53,645 nucleotides of DNA from a virus (Duplodnaviria > Caudoviricetes). The position numbers were made by a program, and so were the translations under genes. Positions 26,118-36,919 of the stretch are shown piece by piece (the first letter of the stretch is position 1; every line of letters starts with the position of its first letter). The notes beneath the pieces are model-generated. The model saw only the letters and a list, made by a program, of their open reading frames with translations. It was not told the DNA's origin and ran no database searches. Where the stretch lies: IMG/VR virus record IMGVR_UViG_3300030419_006157, positions 1 through 53,645 of that record; one strand, given 5' to 3'.

Positions 26118-27422
26118 TTAAAAGTTAAAACCAGAAAACACCGTTCCTGATTCGATTATTTTACCACTAACAAACAACCCTTTTCCAGAGACATTATCTG
26201 CAACATCTGTTGAAAAAGTCATACCTAATACTGACCTTTCGTTAACTTGATTGGAAAAATCTATATTCTCTACTCTACAATTAATAAGGTCATATTGCAA
26301 AACTACAAAAGGATCAGCTTCTCCAGAACATGCTACTTGCCTATTTCTAGCCTTTATATTTATATCGTATCTATAGTCATTATTAAATACATTTCTTAAC
26401 TCGCCTGTTTTATTATGCGCTACTAAAGCGGATATAGAGGCATCTATAACCATTGGATATTTTACAGGTCTATCAATTGGAATTGTATACCCCATCCCAA
26501 TGTATTCCCTTCTCTCAAGCTCGGTTCGGAAAGTTACCTCCTGAAGGTTAAAAGTACCGAAATTATAACCAACGTCCGCTATATCTGATTGATTATCTCC
26601 ATACCCAGTAGCTTTGATAGTGATTAATAAATCAGAGCACATCAATGGGGTACTCGGATTCATATTATGCGTAGCCATCCCTATCTTATTTTTGCTCGAA
26701 GTTTCATCTAATGTTTTAGGGATTTTAAAAATATTATCATTAACCTTCGTATAGCCAGTGGGCTCTATAGCTGGAGAAAAACCAGAACCACTAGTATGGT
26801 AACTTACGTTATCTCCAATATACGAAACCGACGAACTGACTATTGAGCCAACTCTAAGTTCTGTACTGTATGAATTTAAATAGCAATCCCCAAATGCCAA
26901 CACAGATACCTCATCCAACTTGGACTCGCTCATATTGATTAGGTCTTCGCCTTTTTTGCCGTTAACGAAAAATAGATTCCTTTTGTCTCTATCTTTGTAA
27001 GGCCAATTAGATTGGGAATATGTCGAAGAGGTACTCTCAGAGGTTAACCCTTCAAAGAAAAATACTTCTAAATTTTCATCGAAATAAGACAACTGATCAC
27101 CGCCAGTGGGAAAATTTGGATTTAAACCAAGTCTAACTTCGTTTCTTAAATCGTAAACGTTATAATCAAAATTTATTTCTATTGTAGGAGGGGATATTTG
27201 TACGCTATCTACTAATTCTCTTCTTCCTAATTCTGAGATTTCTGTTCTATTAGATACTATACTGTAACTAAAACTGGTAAGGCCATTAATTTGCTTTAAG
27301 GCGCTTGGTTGAGAAGAGTCTCCCGTAAGGAAACCGGAAGAGTTTATAAAGTGGAATCCAGTTGATGGCGCTGGACCAGCAAATAACCCTTGCTCGTTGG
27401 ATTTTATAGTAAACTCAGGCAT
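26118..27422 (-). CDS. Second tail-tube-like protein (paralogue of 1198..2559)
   Basis: Shared GPxP, KQ..G/R..SF/NYS....RT.I...G, DKRN/DEKN, FGD/NG.L.SY.TE..VG motifs. Confidence 0.65.
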   Translation of the reverse strand: MPEFTIKSNEQGLFAGPAPSTGFHFINSSGFLTGDSSQPSALKQINGLTSFSYSIVSNRTEISELGRRELVDSVQISPPTIEINFDYNVYDLRNEVRLGLNPNFPTGGDQLSYFDENLEVFFFEGLTSESTSSTYSQSNWPYKDRDKRNLFFVNGKKGEDLINMSESKLDEVSVLAFGDCYLNSYSTELRVGSIVSSSVSYIGDNVSYHTSGSGFSPAIEPTGYTKVNDNIFKIPKTLDETSSKNKIGMATHNMNPSTPLMCSDLLITIKATGYGDNQSDIADVGYNFGTFNLQEVTFRTELERREYIGMGYTIPIDRPVKYPMVIDASISALVAHNKTGELRNVFNNDYRYDINIKARNRQVACSGEADPFVVLQYDLINCRVENIDFSNQVNERSVLGMTFSTDVADNVSGKGLFVSGKIIESGTVFSGFNF

Positions 27423-29364
27423 CTCTTTTTACCTCACTAGCATAAAGTATACTTGCAAGGTAAGAACTGATTTGATGATCACATGCGATATCGTGAATTT
27501 GATCTATCGCTTTTGCATTAGTGTCTACAGGTGATTTCAAATACTTTCTAATCACGCCTACCTTAATCCATTGATCTGGAGACTCATTTGAGATTATCAA
27601 CTCCGCTATTTCACCAGCTACTTGGCTTTGTTTTTCGTCTAACGTATCTAGCTTGTGCATTTTCTTGAGTTGATCTTTAACCTTGTCCTCAAGTTTAGTA
27701 GCAAGAGTTAGATTTTCTTTAACTTTCTTTAAGCTGTAGTTAGCTCTTGATTGCTTATCTCCAATTTTCCCCGGTTGCCTATCTGATTGAGGGGTACTAA
27801 TTTCAGGTGGTCTTCCATTTTTATCTTCACCTTTATCCTCTTTATTCGGGGTAGAATTTTTCCCCCCAATTAAAGGCTCGTAGAACCCTTGAGTTTTTAA
27901 CTCCTTGAATCTCTTTTGCGACTCTAAAGAAGACTCTCTATCTGGAAGCTTGTTGTTTTGTATTGCGTCAAAGCCCTCCTCTGGAGTTAAAATTCCAAGC
28001 TCCATCAATCTGCTGTAAATCCTCTGAGTATTAAAATTGTTCTTTAAAGGGATATCTTCGAAAACTGGCATTGGATAAGACTTGAATCCTAGAGTCTTAG
28101 AAATCCTCTTAACTTCTGGCTTGAGGAATTTATTAACAAATGCTTCACGAGCTTGTTTAAGTCTCGCCATGAAAACTTCCACTTTGGTTTGTTGATTAGC
28201 AAATTTTTCGCCACCCACCAATACATTGTTTAACCCTTCATTAATATCTCTATCAATTACCTCGTATTTTCTAGGATGAAGAAGATCCGCAATGTCAGGT
28301 ATAATAAATTTAGCATCAGTAGTATAATCCGAAATCAATACCCTGCCTACGGATTCATTTGCAAAAAGTTTTTGCATTGCTTCTAGGTTCTTTTGGTTTA
28401 CCCCGCCTTTTTCTGGTTCAGCACCCATAGTAACCAATAGAATTGCCTGATGAGTTGTCCTTGTGATAGCAAGGTCCATTTTTCTCATTTCCGCTTTAGC
28501 ATTTATAGACTCTAAAACTGGAAAGCCCATAGGAACCGCCAAGGGCTCATAATCTTGCTTCTTGTAAAAGACGGCGGATGTTTTTTCTGGATTGAGTTCT
28601 ATTTGGACACTGTTGTTTCTCTTATCTTTGACCTCCTCTTGCTTCTCTGGGGGTAAAGCGTTTAAAACTTCCTCATCCTCTGCCGTCTTGGGATTCCTCA
28701 ATCTTTCTAGTTCATAATCAGAAAGATTTTTATAAAATTTAGTTTTGGCAAAAGATATGTTTCCTCCAGCTTGTATATCAGCTGGATTTAGAATTATATA
28801 TCTAGATGGTAAAACAATGCTCCCATCTTCAGCTAAGGAACTTGAAAACCCCTTGTTGAGACCAAAGGATCTCGCAATTTTAATCACATCCGCTTTTCTA
28901 ATTCTGTTATCGAATCTATGGATAAATACATTGCCTGACCTAAAGTATTCGCGGAAAAATTTTTCCTGTAGATCCCAAATATCAAACTTTTCGAAAAGAG
29001 CGGAAAAGAAATCCCTAGACTTTTTTGTTCCTCCTGATAAGTAAATATCGGAAATAGAAAACTCAGTCATTAGGTCAATTACATTTCTGAATACTGCGAA
29101 ATTATAATAAGCCTTCTGACAAAGGATAACTACATCCCTAACATTTATACTCCTAGTACCCCCATAGTCTCCACTTTGACTGTATCTAAACGGAGTAAGC
29201 CCCTCTTTTATGTTTCTAAACCTATCCGTTCTTTCTATGTACGAAGAAGCATTTCTGCGCGTTCTGGTGGTTTTCTCCGCTCTGGAATAAGCGAGAGATT
29301 CCTCCATCCCCGCCATTAATGGTTCCGTTGGTGAATTTTCAGGTTTTTTGCGTGGTCTTGCCAT
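27415..29364 (-). CDS. Portal protein
   Basis: 649 aa directly downstream of terminase; VFRNVIDLMTEFS, REYFRSGNVF. Confidence 0.8.
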   Translation of the reverse strand: MARPRKKPENSPTEPLMAGMEESLAYSRAEKTTRTRRNASSYIERTDRFRNIKEGLTPFRYSQSGDYGGTRSINVRDVVILCQKAYYNFAVFRNVIDLMTEFSISDIYLSGGTKKSRDFFSALFEKFDIWDLQEKFFREYFRSGNVFIHRFDNRIRKADVIKIARSFGLNKGFSSSLAEDGSIVLPSRYIILNPADIQAGGNISFAKTKFYKNLSDYELERLRNPKTAEDEEVLNALPPEKQEEVKDKRNNSVQIELNPEKTSAVFYKKQDYEPLAVPMGFPVLESINAKAEMRKMDLAITRTTHQAILLVTMGAEPEKGGVNQKNLEAMQKLFANESVGRVLISDYTTDAKFIIPDIADLLHPRKYEVIDRDINEGLNNVLVGGEKFANQQTKVEVFMARLKQAREAFVNKFLKPEVKRISKTLGFKSYPMPVFEDIPLKNNFNTQRIYSRLMELGILTPEEGFDAIQNNKLPDRESSLESQKRFKELKTQGFYEPLIGGKNSTPNKEDKGEDKNGRPPEISTPQSDRQPGKIGDKQSRANYSLKKVKENLTLATKLEDKVKDQLKKMHKLDTLDEKQSQVAGEIAELIISNESPDQWIKVGVIRKYLKSPVDTNAKAIDQIHDIACDHQISSYLASILYASEVKRDA

Positions 29365-29385
29365 GATTTCTATTAAAATTACACA

Positions 29386-31215
29386 TTATTTAATAACAAT
29401 CGGAGTAAAAGTTGTTGGAATCTGTTCTTCTTTTAGATTCTGGGAGTCATAATAACATTTTGTAGCCCAATTTGCTAACATTAGGGTCGTGTAATTATCT
29501 TTTCTAGCCCGAAGAGCAGATGTACTCCTTTTTAAATGCTGGGGCAAGTCAAAAGTTTGAGTCCCTTTCGCGGTTGACTTCACCTCAACTAAAGCACATT
29601 GCTTCTTAGTCTGATGTATAAGCGAGTCTTGAGTCTCTATAAAGTCTAGTATGTTGCTCTCGTTTACGTATTTCAAATCTATTTTTGAACCAGAATACTT
29701 ATTAAACGAATTTACGTTAGCTACCGTCTTAGAGCCGAACCATATCCTTTTATGGTCTATGCTGCTCTGTAAAAACTCATTAGCCTTTCTAAGCCATTCG
29801 CTTGTAAATATTTGTTTGAAGCAAATATAGCCAGTGTCCTTATTGTGATCCCTTTTAAGTTTTTTAATTTCTTTTTGGTAGTCTCCACCATCTTTATTGC
29901 TATCAAAGTCAATAAAGTTAATTTTTCTATTATCTCTTTTGAAATGCTCTGACTCATTTGCCCCATCTATAAACTGATATCCAGCGTTATCAATGCATAT
30001 CATTTCTATATTAAAATTCTTCATTATATAATGCAGATATTTTATATGGTCTTTTAAATTCCCCCCGGCAACAGCATAGCTATGCACTAAAGTTCCAGAC
30101 TTCGCTTCATCGTCCAACTCCAGCATAGACATGGCAAAATAATCGGAGCTAGGACTATTCGAAAATGAAGGGTCAATTCCCAAGACGTATTTTTTATCTT
30201 CGTCCCCTACTATTTTTGTAGTCGGGCTTTCTCCATCAGGGATAGTGCATAGGTGCATTTTCTTTGCGCTAAAGTAAGAGTCTGATCCATCAGTAAACTG
30301 AGCGCAATACTCCCTTAAGAATGAAGAATGAGAAGCTCCTCCATTTTGGGCTTCATCGATAATTGTTTTGTCTATCATCTCTTCCGGTAATGACTCATAC
30401 CCCATTTGAGATATAAAATATTTACCATCTGTTTCATCTTTAGATGTAATTTTATCTGTCCATTCTTGGTATGTTTTATATAGATTTTCAAAGGTATAAC
30501 TAGCAGATGATAGCGCTATCATTTTAGATGTATTCTCAAAAACCATCCTATCCTCTTCTTTCATCTTGCCCTCTTTAATGAGCTTGTCCTCAATTTCTTT
30601 TACTTCTAATCTCTCCTTCATGTTTTGAGGGGCCACCAAGAAAGGCATCAATACATTATTGATTATATCTTCAGGTATTAGAAGGTACTCATCCAGTACC
30701 AATATATTCGCACGAAAACCACGGATCTTTTCGCCGTTGAGAGGGATAGCTGTTATAGTTCCTTCGTTTATTTTCCACTCAAACTGGTCATTTCGTTTCG
30801 ACTTAGCGCCGAAAGCTTGAGCCAGTAATTCGGCCCCCTTGCTTTCTACAAGTTTTTCCAAGTTGTTAAAAATGAAACGAGCAGTACGAAACGTAGGTCC
30901 AGCTATCAATATTTTTGTTCCGGGATTAAATATGCACTGAAGAAAACAAAATACCGAAGCAATAAAAGTTTTACCGCAGCCACGACCCCAAACACACATA
31001 GAGAAATTTCTATTCATCATTCCTTTTAGAGTAATCTCTTGGAATGGGGCTAATTTTATACCGGATATTAATTCAGTGGTAACTCCTAAATTGCTTCTTA
31101 GAAATCTAGCCAAGCTAACCTTGGCTTGCTTGTCAGTTAACTCACCCTTGAGATTTAAAAGCTCCTTATTTAAATCAGGCAAATTCTGCTGGTATTTTTC
31201 TGGGGCGTACCACAT
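29386..31215 (-). CDS. terL: Terminase large subunit
   Basis: Walker A GRGCGKTF, Walker B IRGFRANILVLDE, RNase H-like VLGIDP, C-terminal KDNY. Confidence 0.93.
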   Translation of the reverse strand: MWYAPEKYQQNLPDLNKELLNLKGELTDKQAKVSLARFLRSNLGVTTELISGIKLAPFQEITLKGMMNRNFSMCVWGRGCGKTFIASVFCFLQCIFNPGTKILIAGPTFRTARFIFNNLEKLVESKGAELLAQAFGAKSKRNDQFEWKINEGTITAIPLNGEKIRGFRANILVLDEYLLIPEDIINNVLMPFLVAPQNMKERLEVKEIEDKLIKEGKMKEEDRMVFENTSKMIALSSASYTFENLYKTYQEWTDKITSKDETDGKYFISQMGYESLPEEMIDKTIIDEAQNGGASHSSFLREYCAQFTDGSDSYFSAKKMHLCTIPDGESPTTKIVGDEDKKYVLGIDPSFSNSPSSDYFAMSMLELDDEAKSGTLVHSYAVAGGNLKDHIKYLHYIMKNFNIEMICIDNAGYQFIDGANESEHFKRDNRKINFIDFDSNKDGGDYQKEIKKLKRDHNKDTGYICFKQIFTSEWLRKANEFLQSSIDHKRIWFGSKTVANVNSFNKYSGSKIDLKYVNESNILDFIETQDSLIHQTKKQCALVEVKSTAKGTQTFDLPQHLKRSTSALRARKDNYTTLMLANWATKCYYDSQNLKEEQIPTTFTPIVIK

Positions 31216-32168
31216 TATAAAGATCCTAGATCATAGTATAGCTGAAGGTCTATAGTTTTAACTCCTCCTCCTGAAGTTAAAATTTTCTCAACTATCCTTG
31301 ATGCTTCCTTTCTTCCTTCGACAAATAGAAATTGCACATGATCATTATCCTGAATTAAAGATCTTACGTTATGAAATACAAATTCTGGATTAATTTTTAT
31401 TTTGTTGTAAAGTTTGTAGCTTGTCCCTTTACGCCTTATTTCGTTGAAGTGCAAGGCGTCATTAAACTTAGATTCTACTAAAACCACTAGGTACGCCTTA
31501 GACTCCTTTGCCCTTTCAACTTCCCTCTTGAATCTTTCTAGACCACCACTCATGGTCCCTATGAAATCAGTTAAAGATTTTCTTTCTACGTAACAGTTAC
31601 CCGAAGCTCCTCTATTACTAAAAGAGTAGTCTCCAAAGTTTAACTTTTTGACTTCTATTGGACGTTTGAATCTTAAAGACTTTTGCTCTCTTGTATCTAT
31701 ATATATTTTATATTCTGGATCGTTCCATTCTTCCCCAGAAATTAGTTCGCCTTGGTCTAAGAATTTATTTTTCAGGCCAAGTTTCGAGCATAGTTCTTGA
31801 TAGCTTTCGAATATCTCATTGTAGTATTGAACCGGAGGAAACATTAAAGATCTTAACTCTACTTGGCTAGGGGCATACTGAAGGTCTTTTTCTACTATCC
31901 TTTCTTGGAGAATTTCTTCACAAAATTTTTGAGCGCTCTCTAAATCTTGCTTCTTTAACCACATTCTTAGATTAGTTTTAGAATTAAACCTAGAGGAGAA
32001 ATACTGAGTTTTATTTTTAAACTTTATAATCTTTCCATCATACAAATCATACCGTGGGTAATACGATTGATAATATTCAACCACCCTCAACTTATGAGCC
32101 TTCAAATGACCATGAAGCTGCCTTTCAGAGTCAAAGGAGACACCACATACTTTGCAAGTATTAGCCAT
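31215..32168 (-). CDS. ERCC4 (XPF/Mus81-type) nuclease with N-terminal C2H2 zinc finger
   Basis: CKVC..HGHLKAH; IDTREQ, GDYS, VERKS. Confidence 0.85.
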   Translation of the reverse strand: MANTCKVCGVSFDSERQLHGHLKAHKLRVVEYYQSYYPRYDLYDGKIIKFKNKTQYFSSRFNSKTNLRMWLKKQDLESAQKFCEEILQERIVEKDLQYAPSQVELRSLMFPPVQYYNEIFESYQELCSKLGLKNKFLDQGELISGEEWNDPEYKIYIDTREQKSLRFKRPIEVKKLNFGDYSFSNRGASGNCYVERKSLTDFIGTMSGGLERFKREVERAKESKAYLVVLVESKFNDALHFNEIRRKGTSYKLYNKIKINPEFVFHNVRSLIQDNDHVQFLFVEGRKEASRIVEKILTSGGGVKTIDLQLYYDLGSL

Positions 32169-33258
32169 TCAATACCTCATCTTCAGTCAAGCCCATTATC
32201 CTAGCTTTTATTTCGTCCATACTAGCAAGTTTTTTTGTTTCTTCCTTAAGGGATTCTTTTCTCAGATCTGCCAATTTTATCATTTTTTCTCTATTCTCTT
32301 CGTCTTTCCACATCTGAACCAAGTTTAGAATGCTGGCATTTTCTTGAATCTGTTTGCTCAGGCGGTCACTTCTTTTTACTTTTAGGTCGTTTAAGAGTTT
32401 TTGCTGTCTGGTAACGCATTGATTGTATTCTGTTCTGGCCGTATTATTAGCTTCAATCAAGGTCATAGGTATTCTATTGCCCTGTTCGACTTCTTGATCG
32501 ATTTGCATCTGGATCATTTGAATCGTTTCTTGAATACTTGAAGAAATAATTATTTCAGTGCATAAAACGATATATTGATCTACTTCTTCTTGGGTCAAAT
32601 CAGATTTATCGTTGGTATAACGAACGAAGCTAGACTCGAATAACTCCCTATCTGTTTCTGCCTGATAGGTGTTAATCTGGTGGTTAAACCTATAAGTATT
32701 CATATACCCAATTAAGGAAGATAGCTCCTTTTTTTGGGACGGCTTTAATTTATCTTTGTCTATTTTTTCGGCTACATACTTATTAACTTTAAAGATCGCA
32801 GATAATATAGTTTTCGGGGGTTTATAATGACCAGTTGCAACATCCTCATGCTCTGGCTGTGCGTAAACCAATTGCGGGTCTAAAGTTTTTATTTCTTCTA
32901 GAACTGTCCTAGCCTCTTGACTTAGCGCTGTTAGCTTATCGTTATTATATAAAGCTCTCGTTATTTCTAACGGCTTCATGGTAAGGACGTTATTTTGTAT
33001 GAATTCTTTTTGCTGGTCAGTTAGAGTTTTTGTCCCTTTAGCTTTATACTCGTGAGCGCCACGCGCCTTAAGCGATTTAGAGGCCAAAAACGCTTTTACA
33101 GCCTTTCCTTCCTTGCTCCTGCCGTCTGCACTCTCTATACTAGGAAAAGCCTCTCTAACAAGCTCTAGGAGCGAAGGAGGGTCTTCCTCTCGACTATTCC
33201 AAAGCTCAATCACTCTGGCTTGTTGATCTTCTGTTAGCTCTAATGGTTTCGCGCTCAT
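32161..33258 (-). CDS. Hypothetical helical protein (candidate small terminase)
   Basis: 365 aa, coiled-coil C-terminus, two genes upstream of terL. Confidence 0.5.
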   Translation of the reverse strand: MSAKPLELTEDQQARVIELWNSREEDPPSLLELVREAFPSIESADGRSKEGKAVKAFLASKSLKARGAHEYKAKGTKTLTDQQKEFIQNNVLTMKPLEITRALYNNDKLTALSQEARTVLEEIKTLDPQLVYAQPEHEDVATGHYKPPKTILSAIFKVNKYVAEKIDKDKLKPSQKKELSSLIGYMNTYRFNHQINTYQAETDRELFESSFVRYTNDKSDLTQEEVDQYIVLCTEIIISSSIQETIQMIQMQIDQEVEQGNRIPMTLIEANNTARTEYNQCVTRQQKLLNDLKVKRSDRLSKQIQENASILNLVQMWKDEENREKMIKLADLRKESLKEETKKLASMDEIKARIMGLTEDEVLNG

Positions 33259-33959
33259 TATAGATCTATCTCTCCATTATATAAGATTTTTTTGACTTTT
33301 TCTAATATGGTTTTCTTGATGTTCTTTAACTGTTTGTATCCCGGCGCTCTATTTTTCTCCGCGCTCTTATATCCCATTAGTTTTGAAGCTTCTTCTTCTG
33401 ATTTAAACTGTATATATAAAAGGTTGTAAAGTTTCCACTCTATGGGCTTCAGTACTTCTTTCATTTTGTCATGCAGTTGTTTTGACTTAACGTCAAAATT
33501 CATAGTCTCCATAGACATTTGAAATACTTCCTGCTTATGGTTTTCTAAAGATACTGGAAGTTTTGTATCATGGGCTCTTTTTTTTGTTTTTTCCCAGTTA
33601 GCATATAAAGGACATTCGTTACATTGCTTTCCGTATATGGAGCACATGTCAACTCCCTCGGCGGCATCGCACTTTAAACAAGGACGACTAAAACTTCCGT
33701 AGTTGTTCCTTATAAGGTTTTTTATTTGATTTGATATTATCCTATTGAGCCAAGGAGCTAATGGCTTCGCTGGGTCGTACAGATGCCATTTTTTGTATAT
33801 ATGAATCCTTAAAATTTGAGAGACGTCATCGAAATCCATCCAAGACAAAATACTCAAATTCCATTTTCCCCGTCTCTTGAGAATTTCAGTATCTATCTTA
33901 TCAATAACATCTTCAAATTTTGGACTTATTTTTTTACTAGGTTTCTTTTTTCGAGGCAC
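33258..33959 (-). CDS. Phage sigma70-family sigma factor with Cys-rich insert
   Basis: DFDDVSQ..IHIYKKWHLYDP...WLNRIISNQIKNLIR (region 2); CLKC..C..C..C insert; region-4-like C-terminus. Confidence 0.8.
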   Translation of the reverse strand: MPRKKKPSKKISPKFEDVIDKIDTEILKRRGKWNLSILSWMDFDDVSQILRIHIYKKWHLYDPAKPLAPWLNRIISNQIKNLIRNNYGSFSRPCLKCDAAEGVDMCSIYGKQCNECPLYANWEKTKKRAHDTKLPVSLENHKQEVFQMSMETMNFDVKSKQLHDKMKEVLKPIEWKLYNLLYIQFKSEEEASKLMGYKSAEKNRAPGYKQLKNIKKTILEKVKKILYNGEIDL

Positions 33960-34360
33960 TATTCGCTATTTTTTTCCCTAAGCGACCCGGCCTCGGCTCT
34001 GAACTGTTCCATGTTTTGCTGGGCCGTAGGCCCTTCGCTTCTAGGGGTCGAGACATCGCTTTTAGGCTCAACGTCCATAGAAGACCCCTTGAATATGGAA
34101 CCTAGAGTTTCTGAGTTCTGAGAGTCGGGTTCAAAATCATAATCCAGCCCTTTCATAGATTGGAAGTCTGGCACTCCTTCTGCGTCGTATTCCACATCAA
34201 ACCCCAAACCTTCTTTATCAAAGTCGGGCTTTTCATCTACGGGGGTAGGCTTAGACGACGCTTTACTAACGGTTAGCCCATGACCACAGTTAGGGCAAAA
34301 ATTGGGCTTTTTACTAGCAAACTCAATCTTAGTACCACAATCTGGACAATAAGTTTTCAT
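33959..34360 (-). CDS. Zinc-ribbon protein
   Basis: MKTYCPDCG...NFCPNCG. Confidence 0.75.
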   Translation of the reverse strand: MKTYCPDCGTKIEFASKKPNFCPNCGHGLTVSKASSKPTPVDEKPDFDKEGLGFDVEYDAEGVPDFQSMKGLDYDFEPDSQNSETLGSIFKGSSMDVEPKSDVSTPRSEGPTAQQNMEQFRAEAGSLREKNSE

Positions 34361-34425
34361 AATACAAAACAATGTTAACACACAAAATTTTAAAAATCTA
34401 ATATTTAGGTGTAAATATAGACGTC

Positions 34426-34611
34426 ATGAGCAAAGAAGAAGTTCTAAGGGATTTCGAAAAAATTTTAGAATTAAGTATTAAATATTGTAGTGGAGATAAT
34501 CTAAAAGATAGAGAGCTTAATGAATTTGTAGAAAATTTAGCGCAGCAGATAAACGCCAAAGCCCATCTGGTTAAGAAGCGCGTCAAGCGAACAAGTGGTA
34601 ACGTAGTCTGA
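34426..34611 (+). CDS. Small hypothetical protein
   Basis: 61 aa; GTGTAA element at 34409-34414 on the same strand. Confidence 0.65.
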   Translation: MSKEEVLRDFEKILELSIKYCSGDNLKDRELNEFVENLAQQINAKAHLVKKRVKRTSGNVV

Positions 34612-34624
34612 GCGCCACTACAAA

Positions 34625-35677
34625 TTAACGAAACTTAAGAAGATTTTCAAAGCACTCTCTATATTCGAGAGGTATAACTCTCTTTGCGTAATCGTCGCAC
34701 ACCCTAAAGCAAACATCTTTTTTACCTGTGTGAAAACAGCTTAAAGCATACTCCAAGGGGATTTTGTAATCTCTTGCGGTTTTATCTACAAACAAAATGT
34801 CTTCTGACTCAGGTTTTGCTAAGTACTCCAAGCTCATATCGTGGGAAAACTTATAAAGCTCTTTTCTCCTAAAGTAAGTGATTACTCTATACGCAGCCTC
34901 AAATCTAAAAGGTCTAAATTTTAAAGCGTCAATGTATAAGCCTATTGGGTAATTCAAATCTTCTGGATTTTTAGAGATGCATTCCGCTCTTCTCAACTTT
35001 GATATGTACGTCTCTTCATCCCAGCCACTCATTTCCGAGCGCCTTTTATACATGTCAGAAGCTTTTTCAAGCTCCCCATTGCACCCATAAGACTGAGCTA
35101 AATAAAAAACATCTCTAGGGTTATTAGGGTTATCTTTGACTGATTTCTCTAATAAGGATATATCCTCTTGATTCTTGTATGAATGTCTAGATCCGTCACT
35201 ATAGTGAATTAAAGCTATTAAATCCGTGGAGCCAGTATTAATGTCTCCTTCTCCTATTATGTATTCATGAGTAACTCCTTCGTACCTCCAATCTATATCT
35301 CCCTTCACTAGCATTTTTTGTCGGAAGTACATATCTCCTTCATATTTAAGCATGTAAGAAGTATGGTATAGCTCATCCATGAAGTTTAGATCATTAACGC
35401 GCAACTCCATATCAGCGTCTATTAGAAGTATGTAGTCCGCTTTATTAGAGCATAACTTCATCAACTCGGATCTATTGTGGCCGAAATCTTTCCATTCGGC
35501 TTCATGAAGCTCTCCGGGGATATTTCGAAGCTTGTCGGATATTATTTCTTTGGTCTTATCTGTGGAGCCAGTGTCACATATGACCCAGTAGTCAATGTGA
35601 TTCTTAAATGAGTTGATGCATCTCTCGATGACATGTTCCTCATTTTTAACGATAAGAGCTACACAAAGGGTACTCAC
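34625..35677 (-). CDS. GT2 glycosyltransferase with TPR domain
   Basis: IVKNEE, DTGSTD, DFGHNR, IDAD, GVTHE; FYLAQSY TPR. Confidence 0.9.
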   Translation of the reverse strand: MSTLCVALIVKNEEHVIERCINSFKNHIDYWVICDTGSTDKTKEIISDKLRNIPGELHEAEWKDFGHNRSELMKLCSNKADYILLIDADMELRVNDLNFMDELYHTSYMLKYEGDMYFRQKMLVKGDIDWRYEGVTHEYIIGEGDINTGSTDLIALIHYSDGSRHSYKNQEDISLLEKSVKDNPNNPRDVFYLAQSYGCNGELEKASDMYKRRSEMSGWDEETYISKLRRAECISKNPEDLNYPIGLYIDALKFRPFRFEAAYRVITYFRRKELYKFSHDMSLEYLAKPESEDILFVDKTARDYKIPLEYALSCFHTGKKDVCFRVCDDYAKRVIPLEYRECFENLLKFR

Positions 35678-35720
35678 GACCCCATAGTATATCCAAGAAC
35701 GTATTTTTTCAATTAAAGCT

Positions 35721-35906
35721 TCAGCAATCGTAATCTTTCTTAGTCCAAGAGCTATCTTCCATGCCTTTTATTTTTTTAACCCATTCTTTTTTGCTGGCAT
35801 CTTGATACCTGTTTAGAAAGGACTGCAATTCGATTTCAGCTTGCTTATTACTAATTCTAACTACGTCTTGTTCTCCATTTTCGTATTTTACATTTATCTT
35901 AACCAT
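35721..35906 (-). CDS. Small hypothetical protein
   Basis: MVKINV..., TAATG coupling with the upstream ORF. Confidence 0.6.
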   Translation of the reverse strand: MVKINVKYENGEQDVVRISNKQAEIELQSFLNRYQDASKKEWVKKIKGMEDSSWTKKDYDC

Positions 35907-36076
35907 TAAACTAAATGATGTAGTGACCAATCTGCATTTTCCCCCCATTTGGAGCGAACCCATTCACCCGCTTGATCTCTTGCTTCGTCTTCTGTCTTTT
36001 TGCTAAATAACCTAGAGGCAACTTTGTCTCCTTCGGAGTAAACGATAGCCACCCAATTTTCCGATTTTTGATTCAT
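35906..36076 (-). CDS. Small hypothetical protein (56 aa, not in ORF track)
   Basis: MNQKSENWVAIVYSEG...SLHHLV; fills the gap exactly between phoH and the next gene. Confidence 0.65.
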   Translation of the reverse strand: MNQKSENWVAIVYSEGDKVASRLFSKKTEDEARDQAGEWVRSKWGENADWSLHHLV

Positions 36077-36077
36077 C

Positions 36078-36863
36078 TTATTTGGCCTTTAAGCTTTTTA
36101 GCTTTTTGGTCAGAAACTTAACTAGCTCCGATCTCATAATGTCTTCCTCGTCGAAAGTAAAAGTATGGATCCCCATCTCCTGACTCTGCTGATCAGTGAA
36201 TATCTTAATCATGGACTCGAAAGCTCCACGCTGGTCTTGATGCCTTAAATCGGTTTGCATTGGATCAGCCAGTATAAAGCATTTACTGTTTTTTCCCATT
36301 CTGGTTAAAACAGTTGTAATTTCCTTAGCAGTAGAATTTTGCGCTTCATCCAAAATGATGCACTTTGCATCCCAGTGGAGTCCTCTAGCAAAATTAACAG
36401 GGAACATTGAGATTCTACCTTCCGACTCAAGTTTTTCTGCTCTCGTCGTTGCTAACAACTCATCTAACTTATCTAGAAAAGGTAAATTGTAGAAACGAAG
36501 TTTATCTTCCGCGCTTCCGGGAAGGAAGCCGAGTTTAGCTTCGCTACTTTCAACTGCTGACCTCAGATACATTATATCCGAGATAACTTTCATGTTCAGT
36601 AATTGTAAGCCGCAATATACAGACAATAACGTTTTACTTGTCCCTGCCGGACCGTTCACGAACATTATTTTTGTGTCCGGATGTAGAGCCACCTTAAAGA
36701 AACTTTTTTGATTTTCCGTCCAAGGGAAAGACTTTACCTTAATTTGTCTTTTTATAGGATTCTCGGTAAATGCGGGACTCAAGGCTTCTTCAATTTCGGC
36801 TAGAGCTTCTGCTTTTTGCTTGGATTTAGTAGGGTGTTTGGATGATCCAGATTTTCGCGCCAT
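36078..36863 (-). CDS. phoH: PhoH-family ATPase
   Basis: GPAGTSKT, LGFLPG, FARG, ILDEAQN, LTRMG, D..QTD, RS.LVK. Confidence 0.93.
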   Translation of the reverse strand: MARKSGSSKHPTKSKQKAEALAEIEEALSPAFTENPIKRQIKVKSFPWTENQKSFFKVALHPDTKIMFVNGPAGTSKTLLSVYCGLQLLNMKVISDIMYLRSAVESSEAKLGFLPGSAEDKLRFYNLPFLDKLDELLATTRAEKLESEGRISMFPVNFARGLHWDAKCIILDEAQNSTAKEITTVLTRMGKNSKCFILADPMQTDLRHQDQRGAFESMIKIFTDQQSQEMGIHTFTFDEEDIMRSELVKFLTKKLKSLKAK

Positions 36864-36919
36864 AACTAATTTTATTTACACTTGATACCACGAAAGGGTT
36901 AATTATTCATGGTCTTTAT

